The notes beneath the pieces were generated by a model. That model ran no database searches and was not told the origin of the DNA. It saw only the letters and a list, made by a program, of their open reading frames with translations. Shown piece after piece: positions 45,535 through 55,601 of a stretch of 64,000 nt of DNA; the stretch's first letter is position 1, and the number at the start of each line of letters is the position of its first letter. Made by a program: the position numbers and the translations under genes. Source of the stretch: Candidatus Levyibacteriota bacterium (GTDB taxonomy: Bacteria; Patescibacteriota; Microgenomatia; Levybacterales; UBA12049); contig JAJDCG010000001.1 in the NCBI GenBank assembly GCA_029260965.1, positions 445,803 through 509,802 on the forward strand. Reading direction: 5' to 3'.

Positions 45535-48357
45535 ATGTTCAAGCCGGTAAAAAGCGCTGTTAACTTTCCAGAGCAGGAGGAAAAACTGATAAAATTTTGG
45601 AAAAAAAATAAGATTTTTGAAAAATCAGTTGAAAAAGATGCGCCAAATGGTTCGTGGACTTTTCTGGACGGACCGCCTTTTGTAACAGGTATGCCTCATT
45701 ATGGATCGCTTTTATCCAGTCTTCCAAAAGATTTATTTGGTAGGTATTTTACCATGAAGGGATATAGTGTCAGGCGTGTTTGGGGATGGGATGGACACGG
45801 ACTTCCAATTGAAAACAAAGTTGAGCAGGAACTTGAAATTCAAAGTAAAAAAGATATCGAAGAAGTGGTAAGTGTTAAGAAGTTTATTGATGAGTGCAAG
45901 CATTATGTAAATATGGTTTCAAGTGACTGGGAATGGTATGTGGATAGGATTGGCAGATGGGTAGATTTCAAAAATGCATATAAAACTTGGGACAGAGATT
46001 ATATGGAGTCTGTGATGTGGGTTTTTAAACAAATGTATGACAAGGGATTTGTGTACAAGGGGCTTCGGGTTTCACTTTATTGTCCTCATTGCGTAACGCC
46101 AATTTCTAATTTTGAAGTTGCGATGGATTCAGATAATTACAAAGATGCACTTGATCCATCTACAATTTACAAATATGAGCTGGAAGGCGAAAAAGATACT
46201 TACATCCTTGCATGGTCAACAACTCCCTGGAATAAAATAGCAACACCAGCTCTTGCTGTTAATCCCAAAATGAAGTACGTGAAAGTTAAGCAGGGAAAGG
46301 AATTTTATGTTTTGGCTGAGACGACACAAAAAGCGCTTGATGGGGAATCTGAAATCGTTGGGAGATTAACAGGTAAAGATCTAGTTGGTAAAAAATTTGT
46401 TCCGCATTATGATTATTACAAAAATCGTGCAAAAGGAAAAGTATTTGAAATATTGGGAGGAGATTTTGTGACTGCTGAGGAGGGAACAGGTGTTGTGACA
46501 ATTGCTGCTTATGGTGAAGAAGATATGAAGCTGATGAAAGAAGAAGGGGTTCACACTGAGCTTCATCTTGATGAGGAAGGACATGTTAAAGAAGACGTGC
46601 CTATTTTTGGCGGAATGTATTATCTCAAAGCCAACAAGGCAGTTGATGAAGATCTTGAAAAGCGTGGTCTTATTTATAAAAAAGTTGATTATACTCACCG
46701 GGTTCCTCTTTGTTGGAGATGTCACACTAGGCTTTACTATGCGCCAATTGATGCATGGTTTGTAAATGTTCAGGATCTCAAGCCTCTGATGAAAAAAACA
46801 AACTCTGATATTGGTTGGTACCCAAAGCATTTTAAAAATGGAAGATTTTTAAAAAGTTTGGAAAATGCGCCTGATTGGAATATTTCTCGCAATAGATACT
46901 GGGGTTCTCCTGTTCCTGTTTGGGAATGTGAGTGCGGGGAGAGATTTGTTCCTGGATCCATAAAAGAACTCGAGGATGCATCAGGCAGAAAAGTGACCGA
47001 GCTTCACAAGCCTGATATTGATGAGGTAATGGTTAAGTGTAAGAAGTGTGGTAAGGATGCAAAGCGAGTAAGTGAGGTTTTGGATAGTTGGATTGAGGCA
47101 GGATCTGCTTCTTTTGCAGAGCGACATTTTCCGTTTAAAAAGGATGAAAAACTAGATGATTTTTTTCCTCCTGATTTTATTGCTGAATATACGGGTCAGA
47201 TCAGAGCTTGGTTTTATGTACTTCATGTGATTGGCGCTGCGATTTATAAATCTCCTTCATTTAAAAATGTTTTGGTCGAGGGTGTGATACTTGGAACAGA
47301 TGGCAGAAAAATGAGTAAGAATTTTAAAAATTATCCAGATCCTCGAGAAATGCTTGATAAGTACGGCGGAGATGCGTTGAGGTTCTATCTGCTTGGTTCA
47401 CCCGTGATGAAGGGTGAGGATATCTTGATTTCAGAGGATGCGTACAAATCCCAAATAAGAGGAACCATGCTTATTCTTTGGAATACATATAATTTTTTTG
47501 TAACTTATGCCAATTTGGACGCTTGGCATCAGGCAAAAAACATCAAGCAAAAAGAAATAAGTAAAAACATTTTGGATATTTGGGTTTTAGCGTTGCTAAA
47601 TAATTTAATTTCTGATGTGACAAAAAGCTTAGATAATTATGATACAGTAACGGCAATTGAATCGATAAAAAAATTCGTTGATGATTTTTCAACTTGGTAT
47701 GTTAGAAGAAGTAGGAACAGGGTTGGGCCAAGCGCAACTGATCAAGATGATAAAGATGCATTTTATTCTACCTCTTTTGAGGCATTAACTACTCTTTGTA
47801 AATTGCTTGCGCCAATTGCGCCTTTTATATCTGATTCAATTTATAAAAATTTGACAGAGGAAGAATCAGTGCATTTAGCTGATTGGCCTTTGTCAAACTC
47901 AAAACTTACAACACAAAACTCAAAACTGATTAATGATATGAAAATGGTTAGAAAAATTGTTGAGATGGGATTGTCCGTTAGAAAAGATGCAGGTATAAGA
48001 GTAAAACAACCACTCTCAAGCCTTACTGTTTTGGGTACAGATGAATCTATACTAGATGAAGCTTTGCATTTTCTTATAAAAGATGAGGTTAATGTAAAAG
48101 ATGTAAAATTTGAAAAAGCAAAAGAGTTAAAAGTTGATCTAGATACAAAAATAACACCAATTCTTGAAGCAGAAGGAAAAGCGCGTGATATTATCAGAAT
48201 GATTCAGGAAGAGAGGAAAATGCTTAGTACTGCACTTGATGAAAAGGTGGATGTATTTTTGCCTGAATGGCCCGTTATGTGTGAAGAAGAAATAAAAAGA
48301 AAAGCGCTTATAAATGAATTGTTAAATGGAGACTTTAAAGTCAAAAGATTGTCATGA
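45535..48357 (+). CDS. ileS: isoleucine--tRNA ligase (type 2-like)
   Basis: PPFVTGMPHYGS (HIGH-region variant), GWDGHGLPIE, DWNISRNRYWGSPVPVW, RKMSKNFKN (KMSKS). 940 aa. Confidence 0.8.
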   Translation: MFKPVKSAVNFPEQEEKLIKFWKKNKIFEKSVEKDAPNGSWTFLDGPPFVTGMPHYGSLLSSLPKDLFGRYFTMKGYSVRRVWGWDGHGLPIENKVEQELEIQSKKDIEEVVSVKKFIDECKHYVNMVSSDWEWYVDRIGRWVDFKNAYKTWDRDYMESVMWVFKQMYDKGFVYKGLRVSLYCPHCVTPISNFEVAMDSDNYKDALDPSTIYKYELEGEKDTYILAWSTTPWNKIATPALAVNPKMKYVKVKQGKEFYVLAETTQKALDGESEIVGRLTGKDLVGKKFVPHYDYYKNRAKGKVFEILGGDFVTAEEGTGVVTIAAYGEEDMKLMKEEGVHTELHLDEEGHVKEDVPIFGGMYYLKANKAVDEDLEKRGLIYKKVDYTHRVPLCWRCHTRLYYAPIDAWFVNVQDLKPLMKKTNSDIGWYPKHFKNGRFLKSLENAPDWNISRNRYWGSPVPVWECECGERFVPGSIKELEDASGRKVTELHKPDIDEVMVKCKKCGKDAKRVSEVLDSWIEAGSASFAERHFPFKKDEKLDDFFPPDFIAEYTGQIRAWFYVLHVIGAAIYKSPSFKNVLVEGVILGTDGRKMSKNFKNYPDPREMLDKYGGDALRFYLLGSPVMKGEDILISEDAYKSQIRGTMLILWNTYNFFVTYANLDAWHQAKNIKQKEISKNILDIWVLALLNNLISDVTKSLDNYDTVTAIESIKKFVDDFSTWYVRRSRNRVGPSATDQDDKDAFYSTSFEALTTLCKLLAPIAPFISDSIYKNLTEEESVHLADWPLSNSKLTTQNSKLINDMKMVRKIVEMGLSVRKDAGIRVKQPLSSLTVLGTDESILDEALHFLIKDEVNVKDVKFEKAKELKVDLDTKITPILEAEGKARDIIRMIQEERKMLSTALDEKVDVFLPEWPVMCEEEIKRKALINELLNGDFKVKRLS

Positions 48358-49430
48358 TTAAACCTTCAACCATTGATTGGCGTCTCTTCGGACCGGTTTT
48401 AATACTTATTGTCATAAGTCTAATTACACTTTTTGCTATCGATTCTCAATTTTTCTATAGTCAGATAGTAGCACTTTTTATATCATTTTGTGTTTTTTTT
48501 ATATTTTCAAAAATTAACATTGAATTTTTGAAAAGTTTTCAACTATACTATTATATTGGTTCAGTTATTCTTCTTTTATCACTATTGGTTTTTGGACAGG
48601 ACATAAGGGGTGCGACAAGATGGTTTGATCTGTTTGGTGTACAGATTCAAATATCAGAAGTAGTAAAGCCGATTCTTGCACTTTCTCTTGCTTCATTTAT
48701 TGCAGACAATTCCCAAAAAGGAATCCGCGCGTTCTTAATGCCTTTTGTTTTTTTAGTGCCAGTATTTGTCTTGATATTTTTGCAGCCTGATTTGGGTAGT
48801 GCTGTTATATATTTACTAACTTTGATTTTTGTTCTTTTTTTTGTGGGGTTTCCTATCAAGTGGCTTTTGTTTTCTGCACTTCCGTTTTTGGCAATCTCTC
48901 CAATTGTCTGGTTCAGGCTTCACGATTTTCAGAGACAGCGGATACTAACTTTTTTAAATCCAGGCAATGATCCCCTGGGCACATCATACAATGCAGTTCA
49001 GTCAATAATTGCTGTTGGGTCTGGGGGGATTTTCGGGAGGGGATTGTCAGAGGGAACACAATCTGTTTTGAAATTTCTCCCAGAGAGACAGACCGATTTT
49101 ATTTTTGCTACAATTGCTGAGGCCCTGGGGTTCTTGGGTGCAAGTATAGTTGTCGCCTCTTTTATGTTTTTTATCTTTAGATTGTATGAAATCTTCAAAG
49201 AATGCGAAGGAGTTTTCGAGAAAGTTTTCATTGCGTCAACTATTGGAATCTTCATGATGCAGGGGATTGTGAATATGGGAATGAACATGGGAATTTTTCC
49301 TATTGTTGGCATAACTTTGCCTTTTGTTTCTCTGGGGGGGTCATCACTTTTGTCAAGTTTCATATTTTTGGGAATCATTTCGTCAATAGCACGCAGTAAC
49401 AAAAAAGACGCTGTACTTCAAATAGGGTAG
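48354..49430 (+). CDS. rodA: second SEDS-family protein (RodA/FtsW-like)
   Basis: PDLGSAVIYL and RW motifs, about 10 TM. Symbol is tentative. Confidence 0.65.
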   Translation: MIKPSTIDWRLFGPVLILIVISLITLFAIDSQFFYSQIVALFISFCVFFIFSKINIEFLKSFQLYYYIGSVILLLSLLVFGQDIRGATRWFDLFGVQIQISEVVKPILALSLASFIADNSQKGIRAFLMPFVFLVPVFVLIFLQPDLGSAVIYLLTLIFVLFFVGFPIKWLLFSALPFLAISPIVWFRLHDFQRQRILTFLNPGNDPLGTSYNAVQSIIAVGSGGIFGRGLSEGTQSVLKFLPERQTDFIFATIAEALGFLGASIVVASFMFFIFRLYEIFKECEGVFEKVFIASTIGIFMMQGIVNMGMNMGIFPIVGITLPFVSLGGSSLLSSFIFLGIISSIARSNKKDAVLQIG

Positions 49431-49478
49431 TTGCTGATTGATCAACCTCGAGTATTTTGCTATAATTGTGAAATTGAT

Positions 49479-49826
49479 ATGAAATACGCTGTAGTGCAAA
49501 CAGGTGGAAAACAATATAAGGTAGAGGAAAATCAATTTTTAGAAGTTGAAAGACTTGACTCAAAAGTGGGTAGTAGTTTTGATTTTGAAAAGGTTCTTCT
49601 TTTTGTAGAAAACGATGAAGTTAAAATAGGTACACCTTATTTGAGTGGCGTAGTTGTTTCAGCAAAGGTTGTTGAGGAAAAAAGAGGCGAAAAGATAAGG
49701 GTAGCAAGGTTCAAGGCAAAGGCTCGTGTTAGAACCATAAAAGGGCATAGGCAAAGTCTCACAAAGCTCCAGGTCACCAAGATTGCATCAGGCAAGGTTA
49801 AAGCAGAGAAGGAACAAGCAAAATAG
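49479..49826 (+). CDS. rplU: 50S ribosomal protein L21
   Basis: MKYAVVQTGGKQYKVEENQFLEVERL resembles MYAVIETGGKQY(R/K)V. Confidence 0.85.
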   Translation: MKYAVVQTGGKQYKVEENQFLEVERLDSKVGSSFDFEKVLLFVENDEVKIGTPYLSGVVVSAKVVEEKRGEKIRVARFKAKARVRTIKGHRQSLTKLQVTKIASGKVKAEKEQAK

Positions 49827-49837
49827 CTTGATTTATC

Positions 49838-49866
49838 TTGACAATCGTGAAAAGTTGTCGTAATAT
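49838..49866 (+). promoter_or_regulatory. sigma70-like promoter TTGACA-17 bp-TAATAT upstream of rpmA
   Basis: TTGACA at 49838-49843 and TAATAT at 49861-49866, 17-bp spacer, 25 bp before the rpmA ATG. Confidence 0.35.
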
Positions 49867-49891
49867 TGAGCAGATTTCACAATAGTAAAAT

Positions 49892-50143
49892 ATGGCACAT
49901 ACAAAAGCACAAGGATCAGTAAAAGGTAACCGCGATTCGCGTCCAAAAATGAGGGGAGTGAAGCTCTTTGGTGGGGAAAAAGCGAAAGCGGGAAGCATAA
50001 TTGTTAGACAAAAAGGAGGTAAGTTTAAGGCTGGAAAAAACGTTTCAACCGGAAAAGATTTCACTCTATTTGCATTAGCTGAGGGTAATGTTAGGTTCAA
50101 AACTCTCAAGGGAAAAAAGTTTGTAGAAGTTGTAAATGGATAA
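49892..50143 (+). CDS. rpmA: 50S ribosomal protein L27
   Basis: [51 protein letters not shown]. Confidence 0.9.
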   Translation: MAHTKAQGSVKGNRDSRPKMRGVKLFGGEKAKAGSIIVRQKGGKFKAGKNVSTGKDFTLFALAEGNVRFKTLKGKKFVEVVNG

Positions 50144-50954
50144 TCCAACAGAACATATTTATCGGCTAGAGACTGTTAATCTTCAGTCGAATCCCTTGCA
50201 ACCTCGTGGTGTTATAACTCCAGATTCTCTTACAGATCTCGTTGAATCAATTCGTGAGCAGGGAATACTAGAACCCATTGTTGTTGCTGAGACACCAGCA
50301 GGTTATCAGATAATTGCAGGAGAGAGGCGTTGGAGGGCAGCTAAAATACTCGGTTTAAAGGAAGTTCCAGTTGTTGTTAAGAAAACAACTCCTCAGGGCA
50401 TGCTTGAGATGTCTATTGTCGAGAATGTCCAAAGAGAAGATCTTAATCCTATTGAAAAAGCTTTAGCTTATAAAAGACTTATTGATGAATTTGGATTGGG
50501 TACAACAGAAGTGGCTAAAAGAGTAGGAAAGAGTTTGCCAGCAGTATCCAATACTATTAGACTTCTCTCTCTCCCAGATGCAGTTAAGGACGCACTGGTT
50601 GCAGGTGTAATAACAGAAGGTCATGTTCGTCCTCTACTCTCGCTTGGCGAGCACAAGTTGATGCTTGAGGTCTTTAAGACAATATTACGAGAAAACTACA
50701 CTGTCAGACAAACTGAAGAGTTAGCAAGGAAAATGAAAGGTGAACTCCAAAAAAAGGAACCGACTTCTGAAAAAGATCAAATATGGGTACCAGAACAAGA
50801 CGAAATGGCCAGTAGAATTGAAAAAAAACACGGTTTTGATAATGTAAAGATATTCCAATCCAGCAAGCTTGCTCGTATAACATTGGTAGTAAAAGGTGAT
50901 CCAGAGACAACAAGTAAAAAGTTGAAAGAGGTACACGACATCCTTATTCGTTAA
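50136..50954 (+). CDS. parB: ParB/Spo0J partition protein (no adjacent parA)
   Basis: [26 protein letters not shown]...[18 protein letters not shown] (ParB box), HTH region. Start overlaps the rpmA stop (ATGGATAA). Confidence 0.8.
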   Translation: MDNPTEHIYRLETVNLQSNPLQPRGVITPDSLTDLVESIREQGILEPIVVAETPAGYQIIAGERRWRAAKILGLKEVPVVVKKTTPQGMLEMSIVENVQREDLNPIEKALAYKRLIDEFGLGTTEVAKRVGKSLPAVSNTIRLLSLPDAVKDALVAGVITEGHVRPLLSLGEHKLMLEVFKTILRENYTVRQTEELARKMKGELQKKEPTSEKDQIWVPEQDEMASRIEKKHGFDNVKIFQSSKLARITLVVKGDPETTSKKLKEVHDILIR

Positions 50955-50959
50955 ATTCT

Positions 50960-51523
50960 TTATTCCCCGTAAGGATTTGAGATCCCCCTGATGTTGTTGA
51001 GTGGCCAGTAAACAAGCATTGATTTTCCAATAATTTTTTTAGTTTCTAGAAATCCCCATTCTCTAGAGTCTGAAGAGAAAGGACGATTGTCACCAAAAAC
51101 TAGATAATTATCTGGTGGTACGGTAACTGGAATTCCTTCATGCATAAATCCACCTCCGAAAGTTTTAACACCATTTGAGAGATACGCACTTTCATCAATT
51201 TTTTTACCATTTACGAAGACTGCGCCGTCTTGTATGTAAACGGAATCACCATGAATTCCGATAATTCGTTTTATAAAATCTTTGTCAGGCTCTGTTGGAG
51301 ACTTAAATACTATTACATCCCCTCTTTCTAAGTCTTCGAATTTCAGGCTGATAAGACTAGTTAAGATATATTCCTTATTCTTAAATGTAGGGTCCATAGA
51401 TTGTCCACTTACCTGAAACGGTCTGAATAAAAAAATGTATATAGCCAGGAAAATTGAGGCTGCCAAAAGCAGTGTTTGAAGGGTGTCTAGTGTCAAGTTA
51501 TATATTTTTTTAAGTATTTCCAT
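50960..51523 (-). CDS. lepB: signal peptidase I
   Basis: SGQSMDPTF (catalytic Ser), KRIIGIHGD (catalytic Lys), GDNRPFSSDSREWGF. Confidence 0.85.
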   Translation of the reverse strand: MEILKKIYNLTLDTLQTLLLAASIFLAIYIFLFRPFQVSGQSMDPTFKNKEYILTSLISLKFEDLERGDVIVFKSPTEPDKDFIKRIIGIHGDSVYIQDGAVFVNGKKIDESAYLSNGVKTFGGGFMHEGIPVTVPPDNYLVFGDNRPFSSDSREWGFLETKKIIGKSMLVYWPLNNIRGISNPYGE

Positions 51524-51569
51524 TCGATTATTATCTGATGTCTTATGTTATTTGTCAATTTGATTACAA

Positions 51570-52322
51570 TTATCTAATTGTATTCTGCTTGAACGGAGGT
51601 GGAATTCGGAACCAAACAGTATAAACATACCCTAGAGCGTACTCATATAATGTTTTAACAATGCCCTTTTTCCATCTTCTAGGAGAATTTTCAATTATGA
51701 GGTTTCTTTTAAATACAACTTTTCCGTACTGTTTTAATCTCAAGCCTAGGTCGACTTCAAAGCTCATCTTAAATTTTAGATCCATACCATTTATTAAACT
51801 AAAATAATCTTTTTTAATAGCAAAATTAAAGCCAGATATATGTGGCTTGCCAATCAAGAAATTAAAACTAACAAAAAGAGAATAGAGATGTCCAAGTAAC
51901 TCGCTTAGTATTTTTGAGTTTGTAATTACAATTGCAGATCCTGTAACTGCAATAACGTCATCTCTGGAGAGAGTGGATGCGATTTTTTCTAGCCAATTTT
52001 TTCTTGGTTGAGAATCTGCATCTGTGATTGCTACGATCCTGGTGGTACTCATTCTTATTCCTGTATCGTATGCAAATACCGCCCCTTGTCTTTTTTCATA
52101 TATTATTTTTGCACCGTATTTTTTTGCTATCTCTACAGTTTTATCAGTTGAATTATTGTCGACAACCGTGATAATAAAATTTTTATAGCTTTGGTTTCGG
52201 ATAGATTCAAGAGTTTTGCCAATTAAATCCTCCTCATTGTATGCTGGAATCACCACCGATATTTTCGGGTAATTATTTATTTTGATTCTTTTATTTTGAT
52301 CCTCTAGATTGTTGTTATTCAT
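51570..52322 (-). CDS. GT2 glycosyltransferase
   Basis: ISVVIPAYNEEDLIGKTLESI, VVDNNSTDKT, ITDADS. Confidence 0.75.
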   Translation of the reverse strand: MNNNNLEDQNKRIKINNYPKISVVIPAYNEEDLIGKTLESIRNQSYKNFIITVVDNNSTDKTVEIAKKYGAKIIYEKRQGAVFAYDTGIRMSTTRIVAITDADSQPRKNWLEKIASTLSRDDVIAVTGSAIVITNSKILSELLGHLYSLFVSFNFLIGKPHISGFNFAIKKDYFSLINGMDLKFKMSFEVDLGLRLKQYGKVVFKRNLIIENSPRRWKKGIVKTLYEYALGYVYTVWFRIPPPFKQNTIR

Positions 52323-52373
52323 TTATAGCTATTATATAATAAGCAATAGACTTTTTTTGCAAGAATTTATAAG

Positions 52374-53594
52374 ATGAGGATAGGATTTTTTACAGACGGT
52401 TATTTGCCTGCGTTAGGGGGGATTGTTACCTCAGTTAGGATAACAGCTGAGGCACTCGAAAAAAGAGGACACAAAGTTTATATTATTGCTCCCAAACATC
52501 CAAAGTATAAAGATAAAGGTAAAAATGTTTATAGATTAACCTCAATTAAGTTTTTAACCACACCCGAGGTGAGACTTGCCTTACAATTGCCAGAAAGGTC
52601 AATGATAAGAGTTTTTAGACATAATTTTGATGTTATACATGGTCATGGAGGTGGTCCGATTACTTTTTTGGGACTTCAGACTGCTAGGTTGAAAGGCATT
52701 CCATACATAGCAACTTATCACACACTGTGGAACAGATATACACATTATTTTTTAAAAGGAAAGGTTATTCCTACCAAAATGGCGGACATAGGAAGTCGTA
52801 TGTTTGGAAATGTCTGTGATTCTATAATTGCCCCATCTGAAATTATAAAAAGGAAATTAGTTTCATATGGAGTGAAAAGTCCGATTAAAGTATTACCAAC
52901 AGGAATAAATATAAATAGTTTTCGTTCAATAGAAAAAGAATTTGTCCAAAAAAAGATAAAAATTAAAAACAAGAAAAAAATTCTTTTATATGTAGGAAGA
53001 TTAGGAAAAGAAAAATCAGTTGATTTCTTGATTAATGCTTTTAGTTTAATTTATAAAAAAGATAAAAACACTTGCTTGGTATTAGTTGGAAATGGAAATG
53101 AATCAAAAACTTTAAAGCAAGCAGCAAAGGATTTAGGTTTATCAGATAAAATATTTTTTTTGGGTGCTGTGAATAATGATGACATACCAAAAGTTTATGC
53201 AGATGCAGATGTTTTCATTTTTGCTTCAAAAACTGAGACACAAGGGATGGTGCTTTTGGAATCATTTGCATCAGGAGTTCCAGTGGTTGCAGTTAGTGAT
53301 CATGCGTTCAGAGGTGTGTTAAAAAACGGAATTAATGGATATGCAGTTAAGAATAATTATAATGATTTTGCAGAAAAAACTCTGCACCTTATTAATAATC
53401 CTAAGACTTACAAATCAATGTCTGATGAAGCGAAAAAAACTGCTGAAGAATTCTCAGCTGATATCATCGCAGAGAGACTGGAGAAGATTTATCTAAAAAT
53501 GATTAGAGATCATGCAAAAAGGTCAAAAGACAAAATTAAAAATTCATATTTTAGAACACTGCTAGCTAAAATTCGAGAGCAAATGAAAAACTAA
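52374..53594 (+). CDS. GT4 glycosyltransferase
   Basis: MRIGFFTDGYLPALGGIVTSV and ETQGMVLLESFASGVPVVA. Confidence 0.75.
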   Translation: MRIGFFTDGYLPALGGIVTSVRITAEALEKRGHKVYIIAPKHPKYKDKGKNVYRLTSIKFLTTPEVRLALQLPERSMIRVFRHNFDVIHGHGGGPITFLGLQTARLKGIPYIATYHTLWNRYTHYFLKGKVIPTKMADIGSRMFGNVCDSIIAPSEIIKRKLVSYGVKSPIKVLPTGININSFRSIEKEFVQKKIKIKNKKKILLYVGRLGKEKSVDFLINAFSLIYKKDKNTCLVLVGNGNESKTLKQAAKDLGLSDKIFFLGAVNNDDIPKVYADADVFIFASKTETQGMVLLESFASGVPVVAVSDHAFRGVLKNGINGYAVKNNYNDFAEKTLHLINNPKTYKSMSDEAKKTAEEFSADIIAERLEKIYLKMIRDHAKRSKDKIKNSYFRTLLAKIREQMKN

Positions 53595-53598
53595 ATGC

Positions 53599-54657
53599 AT
53601 GAATATTATTTTTATTACACGAAGATTTTACCCACAAATAGGAGGAGTTGAAACTCATGTACTCCAATTATCAAGAGAGCTTATTTCAAGGGGACACTCA
53701 GTGACAGTCATTACAGAAATGCCCAAGAACCTTAGAAACAAAAAAAAAGATAAATATCAAGGAATAGACATAGTGAGGATCAATGTAGGAGAGGAAGGAT
53801 TTTTAAAAAAATTTAAAGTCTGGAATGAAATTCTCAAATTTAATTCTTTAATAAAAAAATCGGATATAGTTCACTGTCATGATGTTTTTTTCTGGTATTT
53901 ACCGTTTCGTTTTATTTTTCCTAACAAAAAAGTATATACGACATTCCATGGATATGAGACTAGGTTTCCTGTCAGTAAAAAGGCTGTTGTCGTCAGAAAA
54001 ATAAGTGAGTTTTTGTCACATGGGAACATTTGCGTTGGAGACTATATTTCAAAATATTATGGTACAAAACCAGGTTTTGTTATTTATGGAGGAGTAGATG
54101 AAGCTTATAAAAAATCTAATACAAAAAAAGTTAACAGCATAAGTAATAAAATTAAAATCGTTTTAATAGGAAGATTGGATTTTGATACTGGTGTTGAGAC
54201 ATATCTAAGGGCATTGAGCTTGTTGAAGAAGAAAAAAATTGGCTATGAATTTAGAAGTTATGGAGATGGAATATTTAAAGCAGATGCTAGAAAGTATGGA
54301 ATGACTAGCGGTTTTGTATTAAATGTAAAAAAAGAAATTGGGAAGTCTGATATTGTTTTTGCATCATCATATCTGATAATACTCCAGGCGCTTATTATGA
54401 AGAAAAAGATAATTGCCATTTTTGACAATCCTCTCAAAGAAGATTATCTAAAAATGTCTCCAATGGGTAAATATATTTACCTTTGTAAAAATGAAACAGA
54501 GATTGTTGAAGTCGTAAAGTCAATAAAACGTGATCCATGGAAATCAGATTCTATGATCGAGCAGGGATATAAATGGGCCAAAATGCAAACGTGGGAAAAA
54601 ATATTAAATGTATATCTGAATCTTTGGAATCAGGGAATCAAAATAATTAATGCATGA
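53599..54657 (+). CDS. GT4-like glycosyltransferase
   Basis: MNIIFITRRFYPQIGGVETHVLQLSRELISRGHSV (GT4 N-domain). The C-domain is divergent. Confidence 0.6.
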   Translation: MNIIFITRRFYPQIGGVETHVLQLSRELISRGHSVTVITEMPKNLRNKKKDKYQGIDIVRINVGEEGFLKKFKVWNEILKFNSLIKKSDIVHCHDVFFWYLPFRFIFPNKKVYTTFHGYETRFPVSKKAVVVRKISEFLSHGNICVGDYISKYYGTKPGFVIYGGVDEAYKKSNTKKVNSISNKIKIVLIGRLDFDTGVETYLRALSLLKKKKIGYEFRSYGDGIFKADARKYGMTSGFVLNVKKEIGKSDIVFASSYLIILQALIMKKKIIAIFDNPLKEDYLKMSPMGKYIYLCKNETEIVEVVKSIKRDPWKSDSMIEQGYKWAKMQTWEKILNVYLNLWNQGIKIINA

Positions 54658-55601
54658 AAATTTCATTTATTGCAACCGTTTATAATGAGGAAAGGAATAT
54701 TGAATCCCTACTGGATTCATTGTTAAAGCAATCTATATTGCCAGATGAGATTATAATCGTTGATGGGGACAGTACGGATGCTACTGCTTCGATATTATCT
54801 AATTTTAAACTTCAAGTTTCAAATAATCGAATTAAATTTTTGGTAAAAAAAGGGAATAGATCGGTAGGGCGAAATGAGGCTATTGCTAATGCATCAGGAG
54901 ATATTATTGTGTGCTCGGACGCAGGGTGTATTTTGGATAAAAAATGGTTAGAAAATATTACAAAACCTTTCGATAATGAAAAGGTTGATGTAGTGGCAGG
55001 CTATTATAGGGGACTGTCTAGAAATATTTTTCAGAAATGTTTAATTCCTTATGTTCTTGTAATGCCTGATAAGGTTAATTCAAACAACTTTTTACCTGCA
55101 GCACGCTCAATGGCTTTTAAAAAATCTGTATGGAAAAGGATTGGTGGATTTCCAGAGCAGTTCTACGATAACGAAGACTACGTATTTGCAAAAAAATTAA
55201 AAGAAAAAAAAATGATGATTTTTTTCGCGAAAGACGCAATTGCAGAATGGATACCAAGGGAGAATATGAAAGAGGCATTTATTATGTTTTATAGGTTTGC
55301 ACGTGGAGATGCACAAGCTCAAATTTATAGACCAAAAGTTCTTTTTATCTTTGCTAGATATGTAACTGGAATAATTTTATTGTTTTTATTTTTTCAGTTA
55401 AATTCATACTTTATACTTAGTGCTTTATACTTTATACTAATAATATATTTTGTTTGGGCAGTAACAAAAAATTACAGATACATAAAAGATTTAAGAGCTA
55501 TATTGATTTTGCCAGTGCTTCAGATAATATCTGAGGTTGCTGTTATAACAGGTACAATTTCAGGAGTAATTAAATTATGGGCTACACAAAAGACACAGTA
55601 A
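54654..55601 (+). CDS. GT2 glycosyltransferase with C-terminal TM segments
   Basis: MKISFIATVYNEERNIESLL, IVDGDSTDAT, CSDAGC; hydrophobic C-terminus. Confidence 0.7.
   Translation: MKISFIATVYNEERNIESLLDSLLKQSILPDEIIIVDGDSTDATASILSNFKLQVSNNRIKFLVKKGNRSVGRNEAIANASGDIIVCSDAGCILDKKWLENITKPFDNEKVDVVAGYYRGLSRNIFQKCLIPYVLVMPDKVNSNNFLPAARSMAFKKSVWKRIGGFPEQFYDNEDYVFAKKLKEKKMMIFFAKDAIAEWIPRENMKEAFIMFYRFARGDAQAQIYRPKVLFIFARYVTGIILLFLFFQLNSYFILSALYFILIIYFVWAVTKNYRYIKDLRAILILPVLQIISEVAVITGTISGVIKLWATQKTQ

Noticed and set aside
45443-45542. Long N-terminal extension of the histidine kinase (track start 45542), which overlaps the ileS start.
   Set aside because: Divergent genes with overlapping starts are unlikely. 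The internal Met (MISKEN) leaves a ~90-bp divergent promoter region.
53740-53748. A9 homopolymer tracts inside GT coding regions (also 55204-55212 and 37695-37703), considered as phase-variation sites.
   Set aside because: Poly-A runs encoding Lys are expected at this AT content. They were not judged distinctive without read-level evidence.
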